Below are positions 39,888 to 49,242 of a stretch of 64,000 bases of DNA, piece after piece (the first letter of the stretch is position 1; each line of letters starts with the position of its first letter). The notes under the pieces were generated by a model. The model was not told the DNA's origin. It searched no databases and worked only from the letters and a program-made list of their open reading frames with translations. Origin of the DNA: Planctomycetota bacterium (GTDB taxonomy: Bacteria > Planctomycetota > JAJSAM01 > JAJVHW01); the NCBI GenBank assembly GCA_965248445.1, contig CBDFJG010000001.1, forward strand, positions 416,001 through 480,000, in the 5' to 3' direction. Position numbers and translations under genes: made by a program.

Positions 39888-42092
39888 TCAGTACACGATG
39901 CGGTCGGGCACGAGCGCCGGGGTGACCTCGGCCTCGCCGTAGAACTCCCCGAGCCAGAGCGAGATGCGGATCCGCCCGTCCGCGTCGAGCACGCTGTGGG
40001 CGCCGTCGAGGATCGCCTTGAACGTGTTGCGCCGCGGGTTGAGGACCAGCTTGCGGACCCTGTTGTTGCGCCCGTACTGGATGCGCGTCTCCTCGAGCAC
40101 GTCGGCCAGTCCGCGCCAGAGTGCCGCCACGTCGCCGACCCGCAGTTCAGCGAGCGGCGGGATCGGCGGCAACCCGCGTCCCAGGTAGCGGCCCTTGATG
40201 ACGGTCTTTCGTCCCGTTGCGCCCGCTCGCTTGCTCGTGACGGCGTCGATGCGCAGGCCCTCGCCGAGCGGCGGGGTGCGCCGGCCGCGGTAGACACCCT
40301 TCTTTGCGCGCACGTCCTCTGTCAGGAACGCGTCGCCGGCGAGCAGTTCCACACGCAGTTCGCTCCCGACGACCGGGAGGTCTGTACGGACGAGCTTCGC
40401 GGTCACGCGCGCCTTCGAGGTGCCGCGCACGGAACCGTCCACTCTCGCGGTCAGGGTGCCGTTCGCGGTCGCCACTTCGCCGCCCGCGGCGAGCGCCGCG
40501 CCGACGTCCAGCCGCACGACCTCCGCCAGCCCGTCCAGGTCGCGCAGCACGATCTCCATCGGTCCAGTCGTGTCGAGCCCGCCGCCGGTCTCGGCGTCGA
40601 GGGAGACCGCGACCGAGTCCCGTCCGACCTTCTTGCGGTCCTTGACCTTGAGCTTGGTGACGAAGAGCTGCACGCTGCGTGCGAAGACCGGACCCTCGTA
40701 ACGCGGACGGATGTGGAGTCGCGCCGACACGAGGTTGCCCGCCTGGCCGGACGTGTCCGCGATCACGAGCGTCCACGTACCGAGCCACGGCTCGCCGATG
40801 AAGCTGTCGAGCGACTCGTGGGGCCGCAGAGATGCGTCGAAGGTCCCGGCGAGATCAGCGCCGCTTGCGTCCGCCTCCCACACCTTGACCTCGGTGCCGC
40901 TCGGCGAACGCAGTGTGACGCCGACCTGGCCGCGCTCGGGGTGCGCGAAGTCGATGTCCAGATCGACGTCGCCCACCAGGGTTCGCAACGGGTGGACATC
41001 CGATACAGCGAACGGGAACTCCGTCGATCCGAGCGCGGGAACCGCGCCCGGCACCGCGTCGAACGCCGCCGCAGCCGGCGGCGCGACCCGGTCCTGCAGG
41101 CGGAAGTCTGCCTTGATGTTCCCGGCGCGTCCGAACTGGAGAGTGCTGCCCGTCGTGGACTGCGCCGTGAAGAGTTCGGACACGGTGCCCGCGACGCCGG
41201 TGGCGCGAATTGTCACTGCGCCGGCAAACCCGTCCACCGGCACGGCGTAACCGCCGCTCGATGAAGAGATCGCATAGCTGCTCGAACGGTTGACGTCGAT
41301 GCGCACGCCCGGCAGTCCCTCGCCCGGATCCCACATCTGGTCGAAGTCCTTGTCCTCGTACACAACACCTGTCACGTAGCGCAGGTTGGCGCCTGCGCGC
41401 GTGCCGAGGACCAGGGTCGCGACCAGCGGGCCGACTCCGCCGGGCGGCGGGTTGTCACGCCGCACAAAGCCCGGCCCGACCTCCACGAAGTCGAGGAACG
41501 CCTGGTTCTGGTGGTTGATGATCGCCGCGCGATTCCACAGCCCCGGACGCCCGGTCGTCGGGTCGAGCACCTGGCCCCAGTCCACGGCCCAGGACGCGTA
41601 CGCCGTCAGCACGTCGGCGGCGTAACCGTTCACGAGCTGTCCGGACCAGAACGCGGGGTACCCGTTCTGCCCCATGCGCGTCAGCAGGCCCGGCTGCCCC
41701 GGCAGCGTCTGCGCCTGGCGGTCGGCGGAGCGCATCGCGATGGACCACTGGTTCCCGACGAGTGCGAGGTTCTGGTTGAAGACGAGCGGCGGCTCCTGCG
41801 AGTACGTCCTCCAAGCCGCCTGGGACTCCGCGCGGGTCCAGTGCAGGGGATCGGCGGCCAGCGCGCCGTCGTACTCGAACTTGACGCTCGCGGAGTTGTA
41901 GTCCGCGGCGATGCGGTCCCCCTCGCCCGACGGATCCGAGCGGGCCCGGTTGATGAGTTCCACCATGTGCTGCTGGTCGTCGGTCGGATCGCCGTGCTCG
42001 TAGAGCAGCGTCCCGGGCACCTCTTGCGCCGCCGCGGTAGCTGCGAACGCGACGCCCGCCAGAATCGCCCCAACTCGCGTGAAGTGCCTCAC
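39888..42092 (-). CDS. Secreted CAP/SCP-like + carboxypeptidase-like + proprotein-convertase P-domain protein
   Basis: Signal peptide; ELINRAR.DP, TGVVYED...DPGEGL, H.ERG..V.L.SP.GT...GTWTL.I.D. Confidence 0.75.
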   Translation of the reverse strand: MRHFTRVGAILAGVAFAATAAAQEVPGTLLYEHGDPTDDQQHMVELINRARSDPSGEGDRIAADYNSASVKFEYDGALAADPLHWTRAESQAAWRTYSQEPPLVFNQNLALVGNQWSIAMRSADRQAQTLPGQPGLLTRMGQNGYPAFWSGQLVNGYAADVLTAYASWAVDWGQVLDPTTGRPGLWNRAAIINHQNQAFLDFVEVGPGFVRRDNPPPGGVGPLVATLVLGTRAGANLRYVTGVVYEDKDFDQMWDPGEGLPGVRIDVNRSSSYAISSSSGGYAVPVDGFAGAVTIRATGVAGTVSELFTAQSTTGSTLQFGRAGNIKADFRLQDRVAPPAAAAFDAVPGAVPALGSTEFPFAVSDVHPLRTLVGDVDLDIDFAHPERGQVGVTLRSPSGTEVKVWEADASGADLAGTFDASLRPHESLDSFIGEPWLGTWTLVIADTSGQAGNLVSARLHIRPRYEGPVFARSVQLFVTKLKVKDRKKVGRDSVAVSLDAETGGGLDTTGPMEIVLRDLDGLAEVVRLDVGAALAAGGEVATANGTLTARVDGSVRGTSKARVTAKLVRTDLPVVGSELRVELLAGDAFLTEDVRAKKGVYRGRRTPPLGEGLRIDAVTSKRAGATGRKTVIKGRYLGRGLPPIPPLAELRVGDVAALWRGLADVLEETRIQYGRNNRVRKLVLNPRRNTFKAILDGAHSVLDADGRIRISLWLGEFYGEAEVTPALVPDRIVY

Positions 42093-42196
42093 GACCGGAG
42101 TCTAGCGGAGCCTGCCCGCGCGGGAACCCGGCCGCGCCCCGACGCCCGGAGGCTCACCATCGTCGACCCGGTCCGGCTTGCTCTACGATCGCGGCG

Positions 42197-42919
42197 ATGA
42201 CGAAGCCCTACATCGGCCCCGACGTGCGACTGGGCGAGAACGTGAAGGTCCACCCGTTCGCCTACATCGAGGGGCACACGACGATCGGGGACGGCTGCGA
42301 GATCTTCCCCCACACGGCGATCGGCACACCGCCGCACGACGTGTCCTACAAGGGCGCCCCGACGCGTCTCGAGATCGGCGCGGAGTGCGTGATCCGCGAG
42401 GGCGTCACGATCCACCGCGGCAGCGAGAAGGAGGACGGCGTGACCCGCGTCGGGTCCCGCTGCTACCTCATGGCCGGCTCCCACGTCGGCCACGACTGCC
42501 GTGTGGGCGACGACGTGATCGTGACGAACGCGTCGACGCTCGGCGGTCACGCGGTCGTGGAGGAGAAGGTCCTGATCTCGGCCCTCGCAGCCGTCCATCA
42601 GTTCACCCGCGTAGGAACGATGGCGATGGTCGCGGGCGGCGCCATGGTGGTTCAGGACGTTCCGCCGTACTGCTTGGCACACGGCGACCGCGCGCGTCTG
42701 GTCGGCCTGAACGAAGTCGGACTCGACCGCCGGGGAGTCCCCACCGACTCGGTCCACGCCCTTCGACGGACGTACCGCCTCGTGTTCCGCTCCGGCCACC
42801 CGCGCGACGAGGCCGTCGACCTCGCCCGCGCCGAATGGGGTGAGGTGCCCGAGGTCGAGCGCATGCTCTCCTTCATCGAGTCCTCGAGGCGCGGCGTGGC
42901 GCGACACGGCCGGAAGTAG
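42197..42919 (+). CDS. lpxA: UDP-N-acetylglucosamine acyltransferase
   Basis: Hexapeptide repeats, IREGVTIHRG, SHVGHDC, LGGH, VHQF, QDVPPY, GLN.VGL.RRG. Confidence 0.92.
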   Translation: MTKPYIGPDVRLGENVKVHPFAYIEGHTTIGDGCEIFPHTAIGTPPHDVSYKGAPTRLEIGAECVIREGVTIHRGSEKEDGVTRVGSRCYLMAGSHVGHDCRVGDDVIVTNASTLGGHAVVEEKVLISALAAVHQFTRVGTMAMVAGGAMVVQDVPPYCLAHGDRARLVGLNEVGLDRRGVPTDSVHALRRTYRLVFRSGHPRDEAVDLARAEWGEVPEVERMLSFIESSRRGVARHGRK

Positions 42920-43020
42920 CGCCGACGTTCGCGAGAGTGGCTCCGGGGGCGCCGGAACGGGCTTGCGCAGCACCGTGGGTTGCGGGCAATCTGGGCGGCA
43001 CACCGCTCGGGGAGGGGAAC

Positions 43021-44163
43021 ATGAGACGCCACGGATTCGGACAGCCGGTCATCTTCGCGGGAACGCTGATCGCAGCACTCGCATCAAGCGCAGCCGCAGG
43101 GACGATCGTCGTCACGCCGGATGGTGACAAGACGATCCAGCAGGCGGTCGACGAGGCGCTGCCAAACGACGTCATCGAACTGCGCGGCGGCACGTTCTTC
43201 GAGTCCGTGATGCTCTCTTCGAGATCGAACATCTCCATCGTCGGCAAGCGCGGAGCCAAGATCGATGCCGGGCAGATCGGAGACGGCATTCACCTCGACC
43301 ACCAGTGCAGCGACATCACGATCTCGAAGGTCCACATCGTCGGCGCCTCGATGACCGGCTTCCGCGTGATCGACTCCCAGGACGTGCTCATCGAGAAGTG
43401 CAACATCAGCGCGATCGGCACGTTCGCAGTCCTCGTTCGCGGGAGCTCACGCGTCACGCTGTCTCGAGCGAAGATCTCGGGCGTCGGGTCCGACGCCGTC
43501 AACTTCGGCGGCCAGGAAGAGCAGGAGGCTCTCGCCCCCGCGCCCTGCCAAGACTGCACGATCGAACGCTGCAAGATCAGTCAGGTGGGCCGCGACGGGG
43601 TCGAGTACGCCGGCACGGGCAACCTCGTCTCGCGATGCAAGATCAAGGAACTGGGCGGCCGCGGCATCACCCACGACGGCTCCGACACGGGAACCGGCAA
43701 CATCGTGGACAGGAACAAGATCAGCGACCTCGGCGTCGGTATCCGCCTTGCCGGCAGTTCCGACACGGCATCGAACAACAGGATCTCGAAGACCGGAGCG
43801 GACGCGATCCGCGGCGAGGGCACCGGCGGCCACACGATCGAGGGCAACAAGATCAAGTCACTCGTTGGCTCGGCGGACGGGATCGAGGTCGAGACGGGCT
43901 CGGACGGTTGCCTCGTCAAGGACAACAAGATCACCAAGCCCGGGGGTGACGGCATCGAGTGCGACGCCGACGGCGCCACGATCGACGGCAACAAGATCCG
44001 GAAGGCCGGCAACCAGGGCGTCCGCATCCAGGGCACGGGCTGCACCATCCAGAACAACAACGTCAAGAAGAGCGGCGACGTCGACCTGCGAGACACGACC
44101 GGCGGCGGATCGAACGTCTACGGGAAGAACAAGTTCGGGACCGAGAACCTCGATCCCGAATAG
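43021..44163 (+). CDS. Secreted right-handed parallel beta-helix protein
   Basis: GGAGG RBS, signal peptide, TIQQAVD, PbH1 repeats (I.GNKI). Confidence 0.85.
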   Translation: MRRHGFGQPVIFAGTLIAALASSAAAGTIVVTPDGDKTIQQAVDEALPNDVIELRGGTFFESVMLSSRSNISIVGKRGAKIDAGQIGDGIHLDHQCSDITISKVHIVGASMTGFRVIDSQDVLIEKCNISAIGTFAVLVRGSSRVTLSRAKISGVGSDAVNFGGQEEQEALAPAPCQDCTIERCKISQVGRDGVEYAGTGNLVSRCKIKELGGRGITHDGSDTGTGNIVDRNKISDLGVGIRLAGSSDTASNNRISKTGADAIRGEGTGGHTIEGNKIKSLVGSADGIEVETGSDGCLVKDNKITKPGGDGIECDADGATIDGNKIRKAGNQGVRIQGTGCTIQNNNVKKSGDVDLRDTTGGGSNVYGKNKFGTENLDPE

Positions 44164-44174
44164 CCCGCTCGAGG

Positions 44175-45257
44175 TCAGTACCGCCTGAGCTTGACGTCGA
44201 CGACGCTCTCGCGGTCCGCACCCAGCTCGACAGCCGGGACGCGGGCGGCCCAGTACTCGGTCCCGGTGCCCACGCGGGCGTCGATCTCATAGTAACCGGG
44301 GTCAGCGAGGAAGAGACCGACTTCACGTCGGTTGTGGCGCAGTTCGTGGAAACTGGCGTCGAGTGCAGCCCCGGGTCGGCGCAGTTCACAGGCGATCCAC
44401 GGTGCATTGATCGTGATCGGAGCGCCGGTCGTCTCGTCGAGCAGGCGGAGAGTGACGGCGAACATGGGCCGGGCGACGAGCCGCACGTCTCGCGCGTGGG
44501 CACTCACCGCGGTCAGGCGCGCGCCCAGCGGCGCGGTCTTCGATCCGCTTGCCGGATCGACGCGCGCGTATACCTCGTAGCGGTACGGACCGACCGCGTT
44601 GAACGTGAATCTGCCGTCCTCGTCCGTGACCATGGACCCGAGCGTCCGGCAGTCGAGGTCGCTCGACAGCAGCGTAACGCGCGCGCCGGCGACCGGCTCA
44701 CCCGATTCGTCCACGACGACGCCGGCGATGGTCCCGGCCGGCGCGAGGCGGATGTCGCCGAGATCGGCAACGTCCGAGTCGTCCTGCGGATAGTCGAGGC
44801 GGACGCGAGCGCCGTCGGGTTGCAGAGCGATCAGGAATCCGCGCCGGCCGCGCGGCTGGCGCAGAACGAGTCGTCCGTCGGCGTCGCTCGTGGCACCGTG
44901 CATCCGCACGCCCGCCGCGGGCAGCCCCGCCATCAGGAAGCGCGCGCGCACGGTCTTGATCTCGGCGGCGCTCTCCCGCTCCGGGGAGTTCACAACGGAA
45001 CTGCGCCCGGCGGCGGCCGAAGAGCCGGACGTCCCTCCCGCCGTCGTCGGCTCCCCCGCGCTCGGGACCGGCGCCTCCGCAGCGGCGGCGCGGACGTGGA
45101 CCCGACTGCGTCGCCGCGGCGGCTCTTGCGGCGGCGTGACGTCGGACGGCGCCACAGCATGCCGAGCGGGACCATCGACGCTGCTGACCCACAGAACGCC
45201 GACGACGCCAGCAAGCACAAGAAACACCACTGCGGCACGGACGCCCCGGGACTTCAT
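44175..45257 (-). CDS. Membrane-anchored carboxypeptidase-regulatory-like domain protein
   Basis: N-terminal TM; GVVVDESGEPVAGARV, TDEDGRFTF. Confidence 0.75.
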   Translation of the reverse strand: MKSRGVRAAVVFLVLAGVVGVLWVSSVDGPARHAVAPSDVTPPQEPPRRRSRVHVRAAAAEAPVPSAGEPTTAGGTSGSSAAAGRSSVVNSPERESAAEIKTVRARFLMAGLPAAGVRMHGATSDADGRLVLRQPRGRRGFLIALQPDGARVRLDYPQDDSDVADLGDIRLAPAGTIAGVVVDESGEPVAGARVTLLSSDLDCRTLGSMVTDEDGRFTFNAVGPYRYEVYARVDPASGSKTAPLGARLTAVSAHARDVRLVARPMFAVTLRLLDETTGAPITINAPWIACELRRPGAALDASFHELRHNRREVGLFLADPGYYEIDARVGTGTEYWAARVPAVELGADRESVVDVKLRRY

Positions 45258-45360
45258 GGCGCCACGATCCTAGCCGCGCAGGGCTTCGTGCGCGCTCGTC
45301 CACGCTCCGGCTACGGGAACGCGGCCGGGGGCAGGCCGGGCGCGGTACCATCCGCCCCGC

Positions 45361-46332
45361 ATGATCAAGCGCATCCTCGTGACCGGCGGCGCCGGCTTCC
45401 TCGGCTCCCACCTCTGCGAGCGGCTCGTCGAGGCCGGGCAAGACGTCATCTGCCTCGACAACCTGTTCACGAGCCAGAAGGCCAACATCGAGCACCTGCT
45501 CGGGCGGGCGAACTTCGACTTCATTCGCCATGACGTGACGCACCCGATCTGGCTCGAGGTCGACGAGGTCTACAACCTCGCGTGCCCGGCGGCGCCCGGC
45601 CACTACCAGTACAACCCGATCAAGACGATGAAGACGTCGGTGATCGGCGCGATCAACGTCCTCGGGATGGCCAAGCGGGTCGGCGCGAAAGTGCTGCACG
45701 CGTCCACGAGCGAGGTCTACGGCGACCCCGCAGTGCACCCGCAGCCGGAGAGTTACCACGGCAACGTCAACCCGATCGGGCCGCGCGCGTGCTACGACGA
45801 GGGAAAGCGCGCCGCCGAGACGCTGATGTTCGACTACCACCGCTCGAACGGGGTCAACATCCGCGTCGTACGGATCTTCAACACCTATGGACCGCGCATG
45901 CATCCGTACGACGGCCGCGTCGTCAGCAACTTCATCCGGCAGGCGCTCGCCGGCGAGGACATCACGCTGTACGGCGACGGCTCGCAGACGCGCGCTTTCT
46001 GCTACCGCGACGACCTGATCGACGGGATCCTGGCGATGATGTCCGCGCCGGACGACTTCACCGGCCCCGTGAACCTCGGCAACCCCGAGGAGTTCACCAT
46101 CCGTCAGCTGGCGGAACTGGTCGTCGAACTGACCGGATCGGGGTCCGAGATCGTGCTCGCCCGGGCCCTGCCCGACGACGATCCGCAGAGGCGGCGACCG
46201 GAGATATCGCTCGCGCGCGAGCGCCTGGGCTGGGAGCCGACGGTCGAGCTCCGCGAGGGTCTGGGCCGGACCATCGACTGGTTCCGATCGGTGGACCTCT
46301 CGGCCTTCCGCGCCCCGACCCCGAACTACTGA
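45361..46332 (+). CDS. uxs: UDP-glucuronic acid decarboxylase (UDP-xylose synthase)
   Basis: [44 protein letters not shown]. Confidence 0.92.
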   Translation: MIKRILVTGGAGFLGSHLCERLVEAGQDVICLDNLFTSQKANIEHLLGRANFDFIRHDVTHPIWLEVDEVYNLACPAAPGHYQYNPIKTMKTSVIGAINVLGMAKRVGAKVLHASTSEVYGDPAVHPQPESYHGNVNPIGPRACYDEGKRAAETLMFDYHRSNGVNIRVVRIFNTYGPRMHPYDGRVVSNFIRQALAGEDITLYGDGSQTRAFCYRDDLIDGILAMMSAPDDFTGPVNLGNPEEFTIRQLAELVVELTGSGSEIVLARALPDDDPQRRRPEISLARERLGWEPTVELREGLGRTIDWFRSVDLSAFRAPTPNY

Positions 46333-46490
46333 CCGGATCGAGCGTGAGCGAGCCTGGCAGGGCGAGCCCCGCAGTCTCGCGCTCAACTCCAGGCACCCAG
46401 ATGGCCGATTTTCGAACTGGGTCCGCCCCCGGCCGACCCCGGGCTCCTTCCCGCACGGGGTGATGCCGGGCGATCCGTGAGGAGATCGAC

Positions 46491-47993
46491 ATGTCGAAGT
46501 GCTTGGAGTGCGGTGCCGCCGTCGCCGCGGAAGACGGCTTCTGCGTGGTCTGTGAGTTCGTCCCCGGCGACGACGACGACCAGTTCTTGGAAGGCAACGC
46601 ACCTCCTGCCACAGCGCAGGAGACCGCGTCGCTTCTCGTCCCGATCGCGGGGGCGCCCGGCAAGGCGCCCGCGGATCAGCTGGACGCCATGGCGCCCGGC
46701 AATGACGTGTCCGTGCTCCCGCCGACCGCCGCGGCGGACGAGCGGTGCGAGGTCGACATCGCCGTGACTTCCACCTTCGATCACTGGACGGCCCCCGCCG
46801 ACGCGTCCCCGACCGTGCACGCACTGCTCGAGCTGGACCCCTCCGGACCGGCGCTCCGTGCCAGCGACGGCGAGGTCCTCTCGCACGTGATCCTGGCGCT
46901 GGACGTGTCCGCCAGCATGAACCACCCGGACAAGTACCCCGTCCTCACGAACGCCCTGGAGCGCATGCTGACCGAACTCCGATACGCGCCGGGCGGCGAG
47001 GTGCTGATCAGCATCGTCCTGTTCGCGTACGGCTCGGAGGTCATGATCCGCGACGCGCGGGCGTCCGAGCTGGATCCTCGCGAGGTGGTGCGGATGATCG
47101 ACGCGTCGCAGCTCCGCTTCACGCGCTACACCGACTTCGCCGGCGCCATGTCGCGCGCCGGACGCATCGCGTTCGACGCGCACAGCACGGACCGTCGGCT
47201 TCCGATCCGGATCTATGCGCTGACGGACGGAAGGCCCCAGGACATCGCCCGCGCGTCGACCGTTATGCAACGCGTGGAGCGCCTGCCCGTGGACGTGCAC
47301 GGCCTGGCGTTCGGCGCCGACGCCGACGTGGTCGCGCTGAAGTCGCTCATCGCGGGCAAGCGGGGCGGAACCGTGAAGCACGTGCGGCCCGACAACCTCG
47401 AGAGTGCGTTCTCGCGGATCGCCGCCGTGGCGACGGACGTCGTCGCGAAGCGCTGCCTGGTGGACGTGCAGCTCGCACCTGGTGTGGCCGGCGGCTCCGT
47501 CTACCGCTTCCGCCCCGGACGTTATGCGTACGGCGACGACGCGTACGGGCTGGACCGCGACTTCCGCACCGATCTGGGCATCCTGGAAGCGGGCCGCAAG
47601 TACTCGCTGCTACTGGAGTTCGTCCTCCCCCCCACCGTGCAGAAGCAATTCAGCGTCGGCACGGTCACGATGCGCATACCCGGCGAGGGCGGCCCGCGCT
47701 CGTTCGAACACCTCATGGTGGTCCTGCGACATCCCGGTTCCTCACTCGCGACCGCGGATCCGATGGTCACCGAAGCGGTCGACATCGTCACCGCGGACAG
47801 AACGGGAGATCCCGCCGCCACGCTGCGCGCACTGCGCGCCCGCAAGCGCCTCTACGAGGAGGAGCGTCGGGACCCGGCCCTGGTGGAACTCGTCACACGT
47901 GCCATTGCCGAGCTCGAGGAGCAGGGCAGTCTGGACGCGATGTCGAAGGCAGATCGAGCCGCGCTGGTCGCGCACACGCACTCCGCTCGTTGA
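46491..47993 (+). CDS. Zinc-ribbon + VWA domain protein
   Basis: CLEC...CVVC; MIDAS DVSAS, LTDG; AGGAG RBS. Confidence 0.8.
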   Translation: MSKCLECGAAVAAEDGFCVVCEFVPGDDDDQFLEGNAPPATAQETASLLVPIAGAPGKAPADQLDAMAPGNDVSVLPPTAAADERCEVDIAVTSTFDHWTAPADASPTVHALLELDPSGPALRASDGEVLSHVILALDVSASMNHPDKYPVLTNALERMLTELRYAPGGEVLISIVLFAYGSEVMIRDARASELDPREVVRMIDASQLRFTRYTDFAGAMSRAGRIAFDAHSTDRRLPIRIYALTDGRPQDIARASTVMQRVERLPVDVHGLAFGADADVVALKSLIAGKRGGTVKHVRPDNLESAFSRIAAVATDVVAKRCLVDVQLAPGVAGGSVYRFRPGRYAYGDDAYGLDRDFRTDLGILEAGRKYSLLLEFVLPPTVQKQFSVGTVTMRIPGEGGPRSFEHLMVVLRHPGSSLATADPMVTEAVDIVTADRTGDPAATLRALRARKRLYEEERRDPALVELVTRAIAELEEQGSLDAMSKADRAALVAHTHSAR

Positions 47994-48018
47994 GCGGCGG
48001 TCACACCGGGGCATCGGC

Positions 48019-49242
48019 ATGACGACACGGGCAACACGCCTCGAGTCAAGTCCGCGCGAGCGTCGCGTCATCCGCCGGATGGAGGCGCGCGGCGAGAGCG
48101 GGCTGGAAGATGCTCTGCTCACGTTGCGCGGCACCGTCGCGTCTGCGCGCTACCTGCTGACACGTCTCTACGCCGTCGGCGGCGAGGGTGCGGTGTACGA
48201 GTGCAAGGACATCCTCAATCCGCGCGGCCGGCGACTCGTCGCCAAGCTGCCGTTGCACTCCTACCACCGCCCGGCCCGACTACAGGGCGACCGCATCCGG
48301 GAGATGCGCCGCGCACTCCAGATCGAAGCGAGCCACCTGCTCGGGAACTGCACGCAATTCATGGCGGAGGGAATCGGCCTGTTCGAGTTCCAGAATCTTC
48401 TGCTCGATCCGTGCCGCGGCGGCGCGTTCGCCGAACGCGAGCCGCTCCTGGTCATGGAGAAGCTACCGGGACACGATCTGGACCGCTGGCTCGCGCGGGC
48501 GCACCGGTCGGGCAAGCCGCCCGAGCTCATGCGGCGTACGCTGGACCGCGTCGTGGTCGTGCTCCTGCAAGCGCTCACGGACCTGCGCAGCCGAGGCCTG
48601 ATCTACGCGGACCTTCGGCCCGGCAACATCCGCATGATCGGCCGGCCGAGCCGGCGCATCCGGTTGATCGACGCCGGGAGCCTGGTCAGTGTGGACGACG
48701 ACAGCGGCCGCTTCCCGCACGTCCCGGCATACCTCCCTTGCGACCTTTTCGCCGATCGCCTCTCCGGCAAACCGATCCGCGCCACCGACGAGGTGCAGGC
48801 GATCATGGCCGGACGGACCCTGTTCGAAGTCGCGACCGGGCGCGTGCCACGGCCGGGCAGCGAACCCGACCTCTGGTGGCTCGACAGGAGCGACGTGTCA
48901 CCTCCCGTCGCGGGTGTGATCACGGGTCTCCTGGACGGGCAGTTCCCGAGCGCGAAGTCAGCCCTCGCGTGGCTGGCCCGCCGGGCACGTCGCCGCGTGC
49001 CGGGAGGAAACGCGGTGAACCGTCCTACACAGCCGGCGGCCGTTGCGGTCGCGCCGAAGGCCGCCCCGCCGCGGAACTCCCAGGAAGGTCAAGGACTGGC
49101 GTGGACGTCTACAGCGCCGTCCGTGTCGGCGCAGCGCACGCAGCCGGCGGCGGAGAAGCGTTCTCAGAACGCGCGTGCGGCGCAGCGCAAGCGATCCGGC
49201 CTCCGGGGCGTCGTGCGCCGGTTGCTGCGCCGCCGCGACTAG
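48019..49242 (+). CDS. Ser/Thr protein kinase-like protein
   Basis: GGEGAVY, VAK, LVME, YADLRPGN, LIDAG. Confidence 0.8.
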   Translation: MTTRATRLESSPRERRVIRRMEARGESGLEDALLTLRGTVASARYLLTRLYAVGGEGAVYECKDILNPRGRRLVAKLPLHSYHRPARLQGDRIREMRRALQIEASHLLGNCTQFMAEGIGLFEFQNLLLDPCRGGAFAEREPLLVMEKLPGHDLDRWLARAHRSGKPPELMRRTLDRVVVVLLQALTDLRSRGLIYADLRPGNIRMIGRPSRRIRLIDAGSLVSVDDDSGRFPHVPAYLPCDLFADRLSGKPIRATDEVQAIMAGRTLFEVATGRVPRPGSEPDLWWLDRSDVSPPVAGVITGLLDGQFPSAKSALAWLARRARRRVPGGNAVNRPTQPAAVAVAPKAAPPRNSQEGQGLAWTSTAPSVSAQRTQPAAEKRSQNARAAQRKRSGLRGVVRRLLRRRD

